Assembly (NCBI RefSeq): GCF_025526975.1
Contig: NW_026515692.1
Location: forward strand, 124,001 to 188,000
Direction of reading: 5' to 3'
Length of the DNA: 64,000 nucleotides
Source: Fimicolochytrium jonesii
Lineage: Eukaryota
Below are positions 12,872 through 24,646 of the stretch, in pieces. A program made the position numbers and the translations under genes. The first letter of the stretch is position 1. Each line of letters starts with the position of its first letter. Under the pieces are notes generated by a model, which searched no databases, had not been told where the DNA came from, and saw nothing but the letters and a program-made list of their open reading frames with translations.

Positions 12872-13461
12872 ATCTAGGGCCCATCATGGTGGACAGAGAC
12901 ATTCAAGGAGGGGCCAACTTTCGCTACTTCCTCTACACATATCCGGTATAACGGGTTCAGACCAGACATGAACCGTTGGCCTTGCGAGCCCAATCCTTAA
13001 TCCCTCTGATTATTTGTGCACCCCCCCGCGCCCCCAATAGCATCCTTCCCCTCCTAAGTTCTCCTTAGTTCACCATCATCCCCCTTGGTTTTTAGATGGC
13101 GCCTGTTACAGGGTGCATCACCTTTACGCGGCTGGCCTTCGAGTTGGCCGTGCAACCGTGTGCGAACTTAGCTAGCTATTTAGGTTGTAATAGGACTTGG
13201 AATTCGAGGATTCTGCTATGGTCGTGACACCTTAGGTGACCAGCATCTGGCAACGGACCTAATACATGGAGGGAAGCACAGTAAGTTTCGGACATCTGAA
13301 AGAAATGCCTTTCTTGCTTGAAAGCGCCACAAAGCACCCCTTCTTTATCAAGACAAGATATCATTGAAAGACCAAGCGGGAAACAGGAATGTCTCAAATT
13401 CAAATCGATGCACTAAAAGTTCATCTCCCGTCGATAGAAGACCCTCATGGAACAAGGGTTC

Positions 13462-14330
13462 TCAAACCTCAGAGTCCGCTTCATCCATAGTCACTCCTTT
13501 TGCCGTTGTCGAAGCCCGAGGTAGGGTGGAGCGCGGCCCATCCTTGTCTCGCGATCCCTGCGTGTGCTTGTTTCGTGAACCGGCATGGGTCTCAATCACC
13601 GTTTCCATCATGCCAGCTGACATGGCGGCGTACGACGCGGCGGCAATCCACGCGATGCAGATGTCAAAGAATACGAACGACCCCCAGAACCCGTATCGTG
13701 AGCCTAGCCCGAGGCCCCACCCGAGCGCCACTTCGATGCCCATGATGGTCCACCTATGTATATACAAGACGATAAATGTTTGCCGTCAGTTGGATAAGAT
13801 TAAAGGTGCACCAGCGCTACGGTAGCCCGTACGCAGGCAAACCTGATAGCATCCCTGAAAGACATTTCCATACCCAAACACAACGGCAATCATCAGATTT
13901 CTCACAGTCTCCGTCAAACCATTCTTGGCCTTCGGGACAGACGGTTTCGCTTCCCTTACGGCCGTAGCCAGAAACGACTTTGTCCCAGATTTCTGTCCAG
14001 CTTGCATCTGCTTGCCCTTATTCAGGGAGGCTGTCAGGCGGTAGCCGGAGAACAGGAACCCCAGTGCATGCATGAAAAGGGAGATGGCCAGTGACCCCGA
14101 TAGGGTGTTCCAGAGCTGAGATGCAAACGTATCACAGTGAGGACATGAAGTTACGGTGTATGAGAATAAATACACAGTAGGGCGGGAGTAGCAACATTAC
14201 CGTGTAGAACAGGTTCAAGACATCCAAACTATTTAGCGCGGCCGCTCGCACGATGGCTACGACACAAGCACATGTGATGACAGGAAACCACACCATAGAA
14301 AGGAAGATAAAACCTCTGAAACCAAAGCGT
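13462..14330 (-). CDS. 3' part of a multi-pass membrane protein, possibly a 7TM-receptor remnant
   Basis: Hydrophobic helices in ORFs 13786-14175 and 13462-13767 (LAISLFMHALGFLFSGYRL; YGFWGSFVFFDICIAWIAA), followed by an S/T-rich polar tail. Confidence 0.4.
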
Positions 14331-17300
14331 CATTCGAACGCATTTTTTAGCTTCAGCAAAAACGCGTCGTATATATATATACCTGTACGTCGTCAGCGCG
14401 TACTTCTGGCGTGTGGTGGAAGTTCCGCGATTCGAAGATATCTACGGAATATTGAGGGTTCCATGTGAATGAAAGTTCCATCAGAGGACCTTCCATGGAG
14501 TCCAGGGTACTCACGGTTAACCATTTCAAAAGCATGAGCGACAATGACTCGTAGCCGAACATAAATCCAAAGCTAGAGAGAACGAGAGGTTCAGTGGATT
14601 ACATCAGCAATCCCCGCTTTCTTCGGGACGAGAGGTGCGAAAGAATCCCCTTACCACATCAAGCTAATCTGTGTGGGAGTTCCATGTGTAGGTAACTGAT
14701 AACTGTTTGATCTGAAAGCCAGGAACAATGCATGCAGCGCCGTCATCACTTGAAGGTAGAAGAAACAGGGTCGGAAGTAAGAGGACTGGTTTTTTGCTCG
14801 CTGCGGCGACGTCCACATACTCAGCGTCATGAGGAAGATCCCAATCAGAACGCCCCACTATTCGGGAAGAAACACAGATGGACACCCAACAAAATGGATC
14901 AGCAGAAAGTCATCCGAAAGGATTGAAGATCTAAACATAACATACCTTCAGATTCATTCGAAACCCTTCATGACGAGCTGTCAAAACTATGATCCTAGGG
15001 AAAAAATTCGCTTAACATCAGGCGCTCTCAGTGATCATTACGATGCTTGCTTGCGTGAAAATACCCGACTTCAACTACCACATAGATCAGGCTGACTACT
15101 TGTCGGAAGATCATGTAAAAGTCGAATCCCTTCGACCTGAGAATCTTGGTATACATTTCATGCGCATCGTCTAGGCCAAAAGATTGGTAAAGATCGTGAG
15201 ATGTTCCACCCTCTGAGTACGGAAAGCTCCGTGCCATTCACTCAATTTATGCAATCTCACCAGATGTGACGTTGATATAGGATATGTTGTTGGCGAAGAA
15301 GAAGTACATTGCATCTTCCGACGAGATGCCAGTTTGAGGAACAATCGATTGCATCTCCTGTGACATCCGAAAATGCCGCATGGTCAGACATTTGCAAAGC
15401 GTGGTTTTTGTAATTCAGGTTTGCCTTGTACTTACTTCCGGATTGTATCCGTTCGCTGGAGTCGGCGTCCCAAAATACACATCATGGCAACACCACGGGT
15501 CTACAGGGCCTAGTTGAATCCAAAGAGCGAGCTGAGGTCGGGTTGCCGCTGTTGAGCAAGGAAGCAACCCAGGTTGCTGAAGCATCCTTGCAACGTCTGT
15601 TCCTTCGGGACACTCTTGGTACCAGCCATTCGCCTAGTATGTATGAATTGACACAAGGGATTGACACGAATCGACACACATGAATTGACAGGAACGCGAA
15701 TCTACTTCCGACCGCATTCAACTTACATAGCCCAGATATTGATAGCGAGGACATCCGGCCGCAAATGCGTCGGCGATGCTAATTAAAGCCAACGCTGGAT
15801 TCGACAACGTGGACGGGTCAAGCGCTTCATAGTCACTGCTAAAGCTGCCCAGGCGGCAAATGCCCATGACATTTGGGTCATGGAACTTCGCGCTAGATAA
15901 TCAAAGAATAATTTCAAAGTAATGAGAAAAAGCCAGTAGCCGGACACAGTTGCGTGATATTTGAACCATCCCGATATGAGATAGTCGACTGATAACCAAT
16001 GCTTCACTCACCTATTGGGAACACCCGCCAATGATGAATAGTCATGGCGAAGGAGAGGAAAGTCTACGTTTTTGATGGGGTGTACTCCAACCGGCGGCTG
16101 GAAGCTTCTGTTGAGGAGAGGGTAGACTATTCCGGCTACTCCTCGTATCATGCACAACAGGAACGAAATAGAAAAGGTGTCTTTCATGGCTGCTACACTT
16201 CGCCTTTCTCGCGGAATGAGAACAATTCAATATGAAGGGCCGGCGATTCTTGAAAGGAGGGCTGTTGACCAGCAGGGAGAAATTTTTGTAAATGGAGCAG
16301 AGGGGACGTTCCCACGGAATGCGAGCTGCTTTTTGTGGTGGGTTTGCAGAGCCCTTTGTTTATCGAGGCTGATTAGGAAAGGTTTCCGTCGGTACCTAAG
16401 TATGAACAATAGGTGGTGCAGCCCCCCTAATGCCTACCTAGTTCCGCAGAGCGTAGATGCTTACTGAAAAAGCTCCTTGAGACAAGTTTAAACTTAATGC
16501 TATACGCAATCACGGGGCGACAGTCTTGCATGGCTCCAGAAACAACCGTTTCTGGCTGTGGAAAACCCTAACGACAGCAATTTTTCCAGAAGACAGGTTT
16601 CTTGCGCACAGGATACAAATTGAGTTTCTAGAATACGGCTGGAGAACGTCCGAGAAAGAAAGGGCGTCGGCATACCATCGTAACGTATCTCGCGGTCGGA
16701 GTGTAGTCGGTGACCGCTGTCGAAATGCGGTCAATCGCATGACAAACACGCGGCACTGTTCTGGACCAGGACTCTGCTAAGATGAGCGTTGGGAGGTTAT
16801 TTTGCTTCGAAGAAAACGTTTGAAGAAGGGTGTCAAACTGCTTTGACGAGCAGCTTCACCGCATATTCGGTACTATATTTGCCGGAATTTTTGTCGCCGT
16901 TGTTCACGGAGATCGAGTTCTCGCCCGCTGGCTGTCTGTACTTCACGCCGATGGTCACTTTCAACTAAGACACGCTGTCTCGGCATGCGTCAGGTTGGTA
17001 TATATATCATATATCTGAATGAATACCAAAGGCGTCTTGATGGAGACAACTATGAGACAACGCCATTCAATGAGGGACTTTCTTTGATCTTCCACCGTTC
17101 TTGCCTCAGTTGTCTTTCGCCTAATGACGACGTGAAAATATCAGAAGCGTGGACAAGCAAAGCAAGAGCATCCAGGGCTTCCATACATCCTTCGCTCGAC
17201 GTAAGCGATTCTGGGAACGACAGAGGTTCCAGATGTATAGCAATTGGTGCAAACGCTCCCGCCTAGTTAGCTCGATGACAATTCAATAGTCGGCTACGAG

Positions 17301-18170
17301 TCTGTATGCAATTGGGTTTGGAATGCCAGATATCGGCGATGCGATGGTCAGGGACAAACGCATGTGAAGGAGACGGATAATTCAAAGGTACTGTAGAACG
17401 CAGGTGGGAGCGCTGTGGCTCAGACAGCTCGAATTTGCGAACTTACGAATTGTGTGTATGATGAGGGCCTCGATGGGCCTCGGCGAATTGCCGCCAAACG
17501 CGTGAGTGCGACGGGTTGGAGTTTCGCTGGCATGCCTTTTCCGACAACGATCTGGGACGCATTTTGTCTTGCACTTTCCTGAAGGGAATCGGGGCCACTT
17601 TCCCTAGCAGCAAGGCAGCGAAGGAGTGGCCACCACTATTCCGACAATATGGGAAACCAATTGAGCGACACCAAGCGTACGAACGATTCGCTCATCAATG
17701 AACTGATTTTCCTGATGTCGAAATTGCTATCCGTCAACCACTGCATCTTCGAGGACGACCGTGACGAGAGACCTAAGACCATAGGCGCCGCCGTCCGGAA
17801 AGCCGAGCTATAAGCTGGTCCAACGCGTGGATATGCCGGACAACGTGGCTTCATTGTGCGTGAAGTACGAGATTTACAGATGCTACATTGCCGCCAAACC
17901 AAGAAAAAAGCGTGGCTGGAGAATCGTAAAAGCAAGAACACCGTCGGATGCACCTAGTACCGTTAAGGTGCATCCATTGGTATATGGCCAGTCAGTTCCG
18001 AGCATTTGATCATGGCACCGGCGAGTGATTTGCATGCAAGTGGATATGCGTATGGGAAGGTTGTCTCAAGAAAGACGTTGCTTGACCTCCTGGCAATCGT
18101 CATGTCAATTTGTGTGCAACCTGGAGACCAAAAGTCCTCGCCCCTCACATTCCCGCCTTTTCATCATCGC

Positions 18171-18329
18171 AACGGCATCGAGAGGTCGCCGGAGGCCGGT
18201 CTGGGTTCCATGGACGCGGAAAGGAGTGTCTTCCTGCCTACGTCGAACGGCATCGAGAGGTCACCGGAGGCCGGTCTGGGTTCCATGGACGCGGAAGAAG
18301 GAAGTGTCTTCCTCCCTACGTCGAACGGC
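18171..18329 (+). repeat. Tandem duplication of a 75/78-bp unit
   Basis: AACGGCATCGAGAGGTC(G/A)CCGGAGGCCGGTCTGGGTTCCATGGACGCGGA... starts at 18171 and 18246; AACGGC recurs at 18324. Confidence 0.9.
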
Positions 18330-19107
18330 TTTGCGCCTGCCGTAGAACGCTTTCGTCCAATGTATAAAACGCCGGAAAGCACCAAAATAGCGCAAAGTTA
18401 ATTTTAACCTTGTGTGCTACTATTTGGTATCCGTCCCTGGTGTCCCTGTTAAACAGACCATATCTAAACTAAGGGACGCTATGGCTATTCTCTGCACTTG
18501 GGGACAATAGGCTCCGGCTCTGGGACACATCCCAAGCAGTCCAGGCCTTCTGGGGACACAATTGGATTGACAGTGCGTAGGTGGGTGCTGTCAAATCGGA
18601 AACCTGCACGATGCCCTGCGAAAGTGCTTCAAGGGTCGAGACATTTCGCCACAGGACAATCTCCAACCCCTTGGATTCAATCAGCGCTGAGGCTACTGTG
18701 CACGTCTTTCCCCTTCTACCTACCCTTTTAGAAAGCGTTTCTGGAAGTCGGGCCATAGCCATATGAGAAAAGCACTTGATCGTTGAAATCCTTCCAGAAT
18801 CCAGGCCTCAAATAGAGATTCCAGGGATCCTCGCATTCCAAACCCATGTTTTGATCTCGCGGGGAGGAGGCGCAAAGAGACAGAAAGAGACAGTCGCACT
18901 ACGTACACCGGGAGGGCAGCCTTCCGAAAGAAGCTTCACGCTAGGGTTTAAAAGGATAGGCCTAGGTGTCCTGTCTCGCGCCAAAACCTCAGCACTTTGC
19001 GAAAAAGAAGCACCTTCAGCATCGTTCATCGCAGCTCTTGTAGCTCCGAAAGCCTTTGCATACCCCACATACCCCACAATACCATCTGTGAGCCCCCGTA
19101 CCGACTC

Positions 19108-22100
19108 ATGCGCGTCTCTGGCATTCCCGCGATTTGGCTCGCCATTTTATGTGCAGCAGGAATCGCGGTTGCCCAAAGCATACAGCAGACCCCCACCACC
19201 GCACGGCTCTTCAAGAGCTCGGCGGATCTGCGGATCACCGTAGTAGGCCACGGATACAACTCTGGCAAATATACCGACTTCTGGCCGACGCTGTGGCGAG
19301 GAATCAATGCGGCGTCCAAGTAGGTGCCTCGGCTGTCGCGGTGCGTGGAAAGGAGACGACAGATCTGACTCTTCATTCTTCCCAATGTCAGCTTGCTGGG
19401 GGTTACGATCTGGGCCCCGCTGTACGATACTGCGTCCACAACCGGCACAGGTTATGGGATCCAAGAATGGGCTGAAGCAGTCGCCAATAAGACGGACGGA
19501 CTGGTTACGACCTTGAATGATGCAGCATCCCAGCTGACGCCCATAAAGAGCAATCTCTTGGCAGCGCCCAACATGCCCCTGCTGCTATACAACAGCGGCG
19601 TCAATTACTCGTCGGTTCTAAGTAAGTGCGACCCCTGCTGATATATAACAGCGGCGTGAAGAGTATTAGCCCTTCCGTTTGATTCGTGGCCTCACTCCTG
19701 ATGTTCGAATGTAGACTCTTTCGCATACGTCGGACAAGTGGATTGGCAGGCAGGATTCATGGTTGGGAAGGAGCTTATCAAGCGCGGTGGGACCCGGCTG
19801 GTGTGTGTCTTCAGAACCCTCGGTCGAGTCGACTTCCAAGACCGATGTGCAGGAGCGGTCGCTGCCTTCAATCTAGCGTTCGGTCGCAACGACGTTTACA
19901 GCAGCGCCACTTCCAACCAGTTCAACTATCTGATGGGTACTACGGAAAACATCCCTATTCTGAATCGTAAGTGTGAAGCTATCCTTTGCGATAGTTGAAG
20001 TCGCCATGCTGATCAGCGGCTTCAGTCATGGACACTTTCCAGTCGTACCTCACGAGCAACCCAACCATCGACACGATTTTGTCCACCCAACAACAAGTCG
20101 TACGCGCCGCCGTAGGCGCTGCCGGAAACACGACGGCAATAGCCCCATCCAGGAAGTTCGTGCAAGGCGTGGTTGATTACAATGCCGATGTGGCGCCTCT
20201 GGTCGATGTGGCAGCGCATCAGCAGACTTGGTTACAAGGTATGCGGTGCGCGGCGGGGCATCCGTTGGAGGATCAACTGCCATTTATCCTGAAATCTCTG
20301 CTGACAAGTAAGGTGTCTTTTGCAGGCTTCGTACCATCAATCTACATGTATCTGAAGTTGATGGTAAATGAGACCATTTCGGGACCGGTGGTGTCTTCAG
20401 GTCCCCTTCTCATTACCAGCGACACAAAAGCGGCGGGCCAGGCAGCAGTCGATCTCGAGAAACTCGATGTCGTTCCATCCAATAGCACATCCGTCGTCTA
20501 CTTCAATCATTTCTTTGGGCTAGATGTCCTCGGCCAACAAGGCCTCGGCGTCCAAGACGCCATGAAGATGTGGAGCATGACCTTCCAGAACAAATACATC
20601 AGCACGCCGTACAGTCTCGCAGACTGGAAGACCAAGCTCGATTCCCAGCTGGCGCCATGCGCGAGCGCCGGTGCAACAGGATGCCCGGCAGGGATTCTCA
20701 CAACCGACCCCGGCGACGATTGGTTGAACTACGCCACGATGCGTGCAGCTCTTTACAACATTTCCGTAGCAATCATCGGCACCCGAGGCGCGTCGGCCAA
20801 TACCCGTTTGAACGCACTGTATGTTGGTTCGGACGACTATCAAATCGGATGGGACGCCGCCCAAGCAATGCTATCGCGCGGGGTCACCAAACCCATCTGC
20901 ATGTAAGTGCTTGTTCTCATCGTACTTGATGTTCACCGCAAACGTGGCCTAATGTGAAAAAAGGACCATCGACGATTTAACGACAGCCACCACGCAAGCG
21001 CGTTGCCAGGTGAGTGTGTGTGCCCTTCAGATGCCCTTTCATTTATGGTGGCGGGGATCAAGCGGGGTATCTTGATGACAGGTGTCGAGCTTCAACCTTC
21101 TCACGTTCATCTCTTCATCGCGATAGGGAATGGCTGCTGCCTTCACTGCATCAGGCGCGGCCGGCATCACTGTGGCCTCCTCGTACATCCGGGTGGATGC
21201 TTACAATACGCCCACCGGTGTTCTCGTGATTCAGGGAGTTTTCAAGCAGAGCGGCGGCGCTCCCGACGGCTACTTCTGCACGAACGAGCTGATCTGCACG
21301 GCTCTGGTTCAGGCGCTTCCTGGTTCCGGGGTGTCCCCCAAAGCTGTGATATCAGCCGGTATCAGCAAGGAAGTTGCCGTCGCTATGGGACAGGGTGTCG
21401 TGACCGAGTACGTGGATGTTTCGCCATATGCAGCGGTAGGTGACTTCTTGGAACATGGCTTGCACTTCCGCCGTTCGCTTACCTGATGGCCGGTATTTAG
21501 GGCTTTCTGGCGATCACCAACCTCGGTATGAAGATCAAGCTCAATGCAGGCTTGATTGGGAACTCTGTGACAGTCGGCGGCAGCGTCCGAAACTGGTATG
21601 TCTCCTTCGAAGTGTCGGAGTGATTAGAACCACGCCAGCACATTTTAACATGCGACATTGTCCCAATCTAGGGTGTGCCCACCTGGCTACTCCATCAACT
21701 CCGCTTCGACCGCCAAACCTTACAAGCCCACTGCATCCGGTTTGACCGGATACGGTGACTTCTGCGTCCCCTGTACATCGGGAACATACACCGCAGCAGC
21801 CAATGCCCTCGCCTGCGGTACCTGTCCGTTCGGGACCTTCACCACCAAAACCGGCACGACCAAGTGCGCGACCTGTGTGCAAGGCGACAACGGCGCCGAT
21901 CAAGCTGTCTGTCAGGCCTACTTCCTGTCGCTGGAGCAGAAGCCCCAAGGCACCGCCGGCCTGGCGGCGCTGGCCGCTGTTTCGATGCTGGGCGAGATAG
22001 GGTTCGGTGTAGCGTTGATGGCGTTGCAGCGGTTCCCAATCATCAGGGCGGCGACGCCGGCGTTGTCCATTCTGATCACCGTTGGTGCGAATCTCGGGTG

Positions 22101-23545
22101 CTTGTCCGTCATCGTCCTGCAGTTTGGCTTGTCGAAGGCGACTTGCTCCGCACATCTGTGGCTGCTTTGCACAGGTTTCTCGCTTATCGTCACGTATGTA
22201 CCCGCTGGTTCAGATCAGAAGCGTTCCGTTACTCATCTATCCTCGTGTGTTCATCCTCCCCTCGTAGGCCGGCCGTTGTCAAGAACTACCGTCTTTACAA
22301 GATCTTCTTCAACCCCAAGCTGCGCGGAAACGCCCTAAGCATGGGAACAATGTTGACTTATGTTGGCGGTGTCGTCGTCGGCGAATGGGTAAGCAGCGGT
22401 GGCAGATTGCTTCAACGAAGGGTCAACCGCACCTCGAACATCATGAACTGACCTTCTCATCCTCCTCAGATACTCCTTGCATTGTGGATGGGAATCGATG
22501 CTCCCTCGCCCAAGAAACTGCAGGACTCCACCGGCGCCTTTTCCGTTTGCTCGTCACAAAAGATATCAGTGCAGACAGGCTTCTCGATTGCGCTGATCAT
22601 GTACAATGCGCTACTGCTGATCGCCGCAGTCATTGTTGCCACCTTGACCAAGAATATCAAGGACAAACAGTTCTCCGAGTCTTTCTACGTTATCTTGTGA
22701 GTGCCTGAAGATTTTACATCCGCATTCATGACTTCAGGCTAATCATCACAAACCTTCTCAGCTCATCCGCCGGAATGTTCTTCTGCGGAATCATCGCCAT
22801 TGCCGCCGGCTTCATGCCCAACATCGACCTCATTGCTCGTTGGTCAATCGTACACCTGTGCATCATTGTCGGGTCGCTGATAACACCCGCAATCCTGTTC
22901 GGCTCGCGCATCAAGTCCGCTATTTTCGAGAAAGTATCTGAGGACAATGCTGGGATCGACGTCAAGAAGCCGCTTATATTTGCAAAGGGGAAGACCAACT
23001 CGGTGCATGTTGGTGTGGCAGCCGCGATGCTGGAAGGCAACGTCCTCACGCGATGGGTGGGTGTGACGGCGTCGCTGCTGATGCCCTCACCCATACCCGG
23101 CGTCGTCTTCCTAATCATCAGCAAAGATCCGGTATGTTCTCCTGATTCCGTGGCACTCGCGGAATGCGCCATCTGGGGAGCTTTTCAACTAACATGTTGT
23201 GCTCAATAGGAACATCCAGAGAAAGGCGACTACTACCTGCTAGGCAGAGACGGGTACATGCTCGATCCTAAAGCTGAAGACGCGGAGAATCTCGTTCTCG
23301 TCAAGGGCAAAGCTGAGAAAACCCGTCTAGTCCTCCAGCTACCCGGTGAAGGTCAACTACCCGCTTGGTGCGAGGCTATCAGTCGGGCTACAGGCGGGGG
23401 AGCAACAAACAATCCGACTCTGTCGGGTTCAGGTGGGACGGCAAATGTCGTGAACGGGGTTGTGGGCAAATCTACGGTCGGACGGACGAAGCGGGAGCAT
23501 AGTATTCGGGAAACGACTAATTTGGATGGTGACGAGCAGGTTTGA
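19108..23545 (+). CDS. Class C (GABA-B-like, 7tm_3) GPCR with signal peptide, two periplasmic sugar-binding-protein-like domains, Cys-rich linker and probable C-terminal PH-like domain; about 13 exons
   Basis: Signal MRVSGIPAIWLAILCAAGIAVAQ. PBP-like YVGQVDWQAG..DRCAG and YVGSDDYQIG. Cys-rich CPPGY..CVPCTSGTY..CGTCPFGTF..CATC. 7TM motifs PIIRAATP, CSAHLWLLCTGFSL, KNYRLYKIF, KQFSES. Confidence 0.85.
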
Positions 23546-23807
23546 GGTAGATCGGGAGAGGGGAGACATGAGTTGTTGTGACGGTGACGGACACACGAAA
23601 ACTGATAGCAGGAGGAGTAGTTGTGAAATTTGGGAAACATTAACAAAGCTTCGTAGTAGTTTCTGTACTGAGTCGAACAGGAAGTAGACACTGTATTGAA
23701 TGGAGTTCTCGTTGACCTAGACGCCCTGTGCCTCCTGGTGATACGTTGGGAGGCTTCTTCCAGATTACTGACCCCAACTGTAATTGCGGCTTCTTACACC
23801 GACAGTT

Positions 23808-24165
23808 CACCGCCTGGACACGCGCTGTCCCATAATTTATCCATAAAGCATGCTTATTCATACGTATGGATGCATACTCATGCATATGCACGCATACGCA
23901 TCATTTTTGCTGCATTTATCTTGCGTTCAGTATGCGTTCATTGATAGATTATGGAAAGCCATAAAGCATTGCGTTAATGGATAGATTACGGGTGCATTAA
24001 TGCATGCATATATGCACCTTCTCTCGCCATTGTCGTGGCCCAGCATGCATACCCAATGCGTACCTGTCCTTAATTCACGGCCCGTATGCGTTACACGTTA
24101 TGCATCCGTTTATGCATCAATACTGATGCATCTATGGATGCATACTCATCGGTTTATGTATAACA
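23808..24165. repeat. Left terminal and subterminal repeat region of the CACTA element
   Basis: Dense ATGCAT/ATGCGT/GCATA units. TGCATATGCACGCAT at about 23881 is the exact reverse complement of about 30999-31013. Confidence 0.8.
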
Positions 24166-24646
24166 GCCTGGCCGTTTCCATTCCCCACCCAACAGCGGTC
24201 ACCCGATTCTCCATGAGCCAGATTCGATCCAGATCCAGATCCATATTAGGCCATAGATTCTCTAATTAGGGCTCACCCATAGTGACGGGGGAGAATGAGT
24301 CACTCCGCCCGCGTACCGCACCACGCACACGAGCCGCACGTCTTTTTTGGACTTTGACAAAAGTGGCTTTCAACTTGCAACCATCCTCCTGGTTGTCATC
24401 GTCCATCTTATCCAACCCCTTGTCCAACAAACAACCGAGACACCGTCCAACGCAGCACCTGGTACCGGTAGGGCTGCTTTCAGTAGGTTCACTTCAAACT
24501 CAGAGCACCTCGGAAGGAAGTCTGGTCGGAGTTGGGTAGGTCTGACCTCCGTGCATTCTTCGTGGGAATTTGGGCTGACGCCACTGAATTTGGTAGCATC
24601 TCTAAAAGAACGAGGGTTGGGGTGGCGGAGGAGTTGAGCTACTGGT

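Noticed and set aside
12946..13110. Solo LTR as a separate feature
   Set aside because: The left end is TATAAC rather than TG, and there is no matching TSD and no second copy in the window.
18171..18329. 75-bp repeat as a repeat-spacer array
   Set aside because: It is a simple two-copy tandem duplication.
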